In this document: positions 61,799 to 64,000 of the stretch, piece after piece
Layout of the letters: each line of letters begins with the position of its first letter
How positions within the stretch are numbered: position 1 is the stretch's first letter
Assembly: GCF_032444005.1 (NCBI RefSeq)
Contig: NC_091283.1
Coordinates: 32,860,001 to 32,924,000, forward strand
Source: Ranitomeya imitator
Taxonomy: Eukaryota
Direction: 5' to 3'
Length of the DNA stretch: 64,000 nucleotides
Notes under the pieces: model-generated
Database searches by the model: none
Told to the model about the DNA's origin: nothing
Seen by the model: only the letters and a program-made list of their open reading frames with translations
Made by a program: the position numbers and the translations under genes

Positions 61799-62520
61799 TG
61801 TTGTAAATTCTGTGGTCAAGCTCCCTCCTGTGGTCATGAGTGGTACTTTGGCTGGTTCTGTCTATGAGCTTCCTCTGGTAGATGTGAGTGGGGCTGCGGT
61901 TTCTGAGTTTCCTTCCTCAGGTGACGAGGTTAAGTCGTTAGGTGCTGCTCTATTTGACTCCACCTAGTTCTTTGTTCCTGGCCTCCAGTCAATGTTCCAG
62001 TATTGGTCTTGCTTTCTCCTGGATCGTTCTTGTGGCCTGTCTGCCCTGCATAAGCTAAGTTTTGCTTGTGTTACTTTTGTTTCCTATATTTTCTGTCCAG
62101 CTTGCTATATTGGTTTTTCTTGCTTGCTGGAAGCTCTGAGACGCAGAGGGAGCACCTCCGTACCGTTAGTCGGTGCGAAGGGTCTTTTTGCCCCCTCTGC
62201 GTGGTTGTTTGTAGGTTTTTGTGTTGACCGCAAAGCTATCTTTCCTATCCTCGGTCTATTCAGTAAGTCGGGCCTCACTTTGCTAAAATCTATATCATCT
62301 CTGTGTTTGTATTTTCATCTTAACTCACAGTCATTATATGTGGGGGGCTGCCTTTTCCTTTGGGGAATTTCTCTGAGGCAAGATAGGCTTATTTTTCTGT
62401 CTTCAGGGCTAGCTAGTTTCTCAGGCTGTGCCGAGTTGCATAGGGAGCGTTAGGCGCAATCCACGGCTACCTCTAGTGTGGTATGATAGGATTAGGGATT
62501 GCGGTCAGCAGAGTTCCCAC
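61799..62520 (+). mobile_element. Sushi-type LTR interrupted near its 3' end by another Gypsy
   Basis: Begins TGTTGTAAATTCTGTGG and aligns to the 54153 LTR until ..GAGTTCCCAC, about 90 bp short of the LTR end. Confidence 0.85.
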
Positions 62521-64000
62521 TGTTGTGAGTTCTGTTTTTGGGCTCCCTCTGGTGGTTACTGATGGTACTGGGTGATTTGTGTTCTGCTGTCTCTGGTGTC
62601 AACCTGTTCTATTAGGATTTGGGAGTTTCCTATTTAACCGGGCTTTCTTGTCATTTCCCCGCCGGCTATCAAGGTTATCAGAGTGTTTTGTTACCTCAGC
62701 TTCTGGCTTCAGTAATCTTCAGGACAAGCTAAGTTTTGATTTTCTTGTTCCACGTTTTGCTTTTTTTTTGTCTTGTCCAGCTTGCATATAATTGTCTCTT
62801 TGCTGCTGGTTGCTTTAGTGGGCTGTAATTGCTCCTCATGTTCCATGAGTTGGAACATGAGTTCAAGTAATTACAGGATGGTTTTTTGAAGGGTTTTTTG
62901 CTGACCGCACAGTTTACTTTTGTATCCTCTGCTATCTAGTTTTAGCGGGCCTCATTTTGCTGAATCTGTTTTCATACTGTGTATGTGCCTTCCTCTCATT
63001 TCACCGTCATTATATGTGGGGGGCTGCTATTTCTGTGGGGTATTTCTCTGGAGGCAAGAGAGGTCTGTGTTTCTTCTAATAGGGGAAGTTAGATCTTCGG
63101 CTGGTGCGAGACGTCTAGGATCAACATAGGCACGTTCCCCGGCTATTGTTATTTGTGTGTTCAGGTTTAGGGTCGCGGTCAGCTCAGGTTCCATCACCCT
63201 AGAGCTCGTTGATGCTTGTCCTTTTGTGATTCCCTGCCATTGGAATCATGACAGTATAGCCGGCCAAAATGTTTGGACTGAAGTAGGAGGAAAAGTAGTC
63301 TGAGGAAGTTTTTTTTTTTTTTTTCTCTCCTCTGAGGTTGCTGCCTAGCCTTAATTGCTGCCAGGCTGATTTTTTTTTTCCTCCTCTTAATCCTTGATTG
63401 GCTCTGACCTTAGCTGTTTATCATGGACGTCCAGAGTTTAGCTTCCAGCTTGAATAATCTTGCTGCTAAGGTTCAAAATATACAAGATTTTGTTGTACAT
63501 GCTCCTATGTCTGAACCTAGAATTCCTATTCCAGAGTTCTTTGCTGGAGATAGATCTAGTTTTCTGAATTTTAGGAACAATTGCAAGCTGTTCCTTTCTT
63601 TGAAATCTCGCTCTTCTGGAGACCCTGGTCAGCAGGTTAAGATTATTATATCTTTCCTGCGGGGTGACCCTCAAAATTGGGCATTTGCATTGGCACCAGG
63701 GGATCCTGCGTTGCTTAATGTGGATGCGTTTTTTCTGGCATTGGGTTTGCTCTATGAGGAACCTAACCAGGAGATTCAGGCTGAAAAAGCTTTATTAGCT
63801 CTCTCTCAGGGGCAAGATGAAGCAGAAATATATTGTCAAAAATTTCGGAAATGGTCAGTGCTTACTCAGTGGAATGAGTGCGCCCTGGCTGCAAAGTTCA
63901 GAGATGGCCTTTCTGAGGCCATTAAAGATGTTATGGTGGGGTTCCCTGCGCCTACGGGTCTGAATGAGTCTATGACTATGGCTATTCAGATTGATCGGCG
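62521..64000 (+). mobile_element. 5' part of a second sushi-type Gypsy: LTR 62521-63253, PBS, gag; runs off the window
   Basis: TGTTGTGAG...CATGACA LTR followed by GTATAGCCGGC and a gag ORF. Confidence 0.92.
63423..64000 (+). CDS. Gypsy Gag N-terminus, open to the window end
   Basis: Manual translation MDVQSLASSLNNL..EPRIPIPEFFAGDR..FLRGDPQNWAF..QGQDEAEIYCQKFRKW, with no stop; clearly homologous to the 58961 ORF. Confidence 0.92.
   Translation, partial: MDVQSLASSLNNLAAKVQNIQDFVVHAPMSEPRIPIPEFFAGDRSSFLNFRNNCKLFLSLKSRSSGDPGQQVKIIISFLRGDPQNWAFALAPGDPALLNVDAFFLALGLLYEEPNQEIQAEKALLALSQGQDEAEIYCQKFRKWSVLTQWNECALAAKFRDGLSEAIKDVMVGFPAPTGLNESMTMAIQIDR

Overview
Vertebrate genomic DNA, most likely from a frog (inferred from the OR type and the Tc1, T2-MITE, V-SINE, L2 and CR1 content). 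The window holds a tandem cluster of class II olfactory receptor genes on the + strand: four intact CDSs (16358, 27673, 30891, 48955) and one nonsense pseudogene (7273). Two of the intact genes come from a near-identical 3218-bp tandem duplication. The rest is mostly nested transposable elements: Tc1 copies, hAT/Harbinger/T2-type MITEs, L2 and CR1 fragments, V-SINEs, several minisatellites (including a ~5-kb 52-bp array), solo LTRs, and Tf1/sushi-type chromoviral Gypsy elements, one of them intact and very young (54153-59840). The strongest signal is in three different LTR subfamilies. Each has a different 9-nt primer-binding site that is exactly complementary to the 9 nt lying 30-31 nt downstream of its own TATA box, which fits tRNA-independent self-priming with subfamily-specific covariation. 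All coordinates and identities were read by eye; no alignments or database searches were run.
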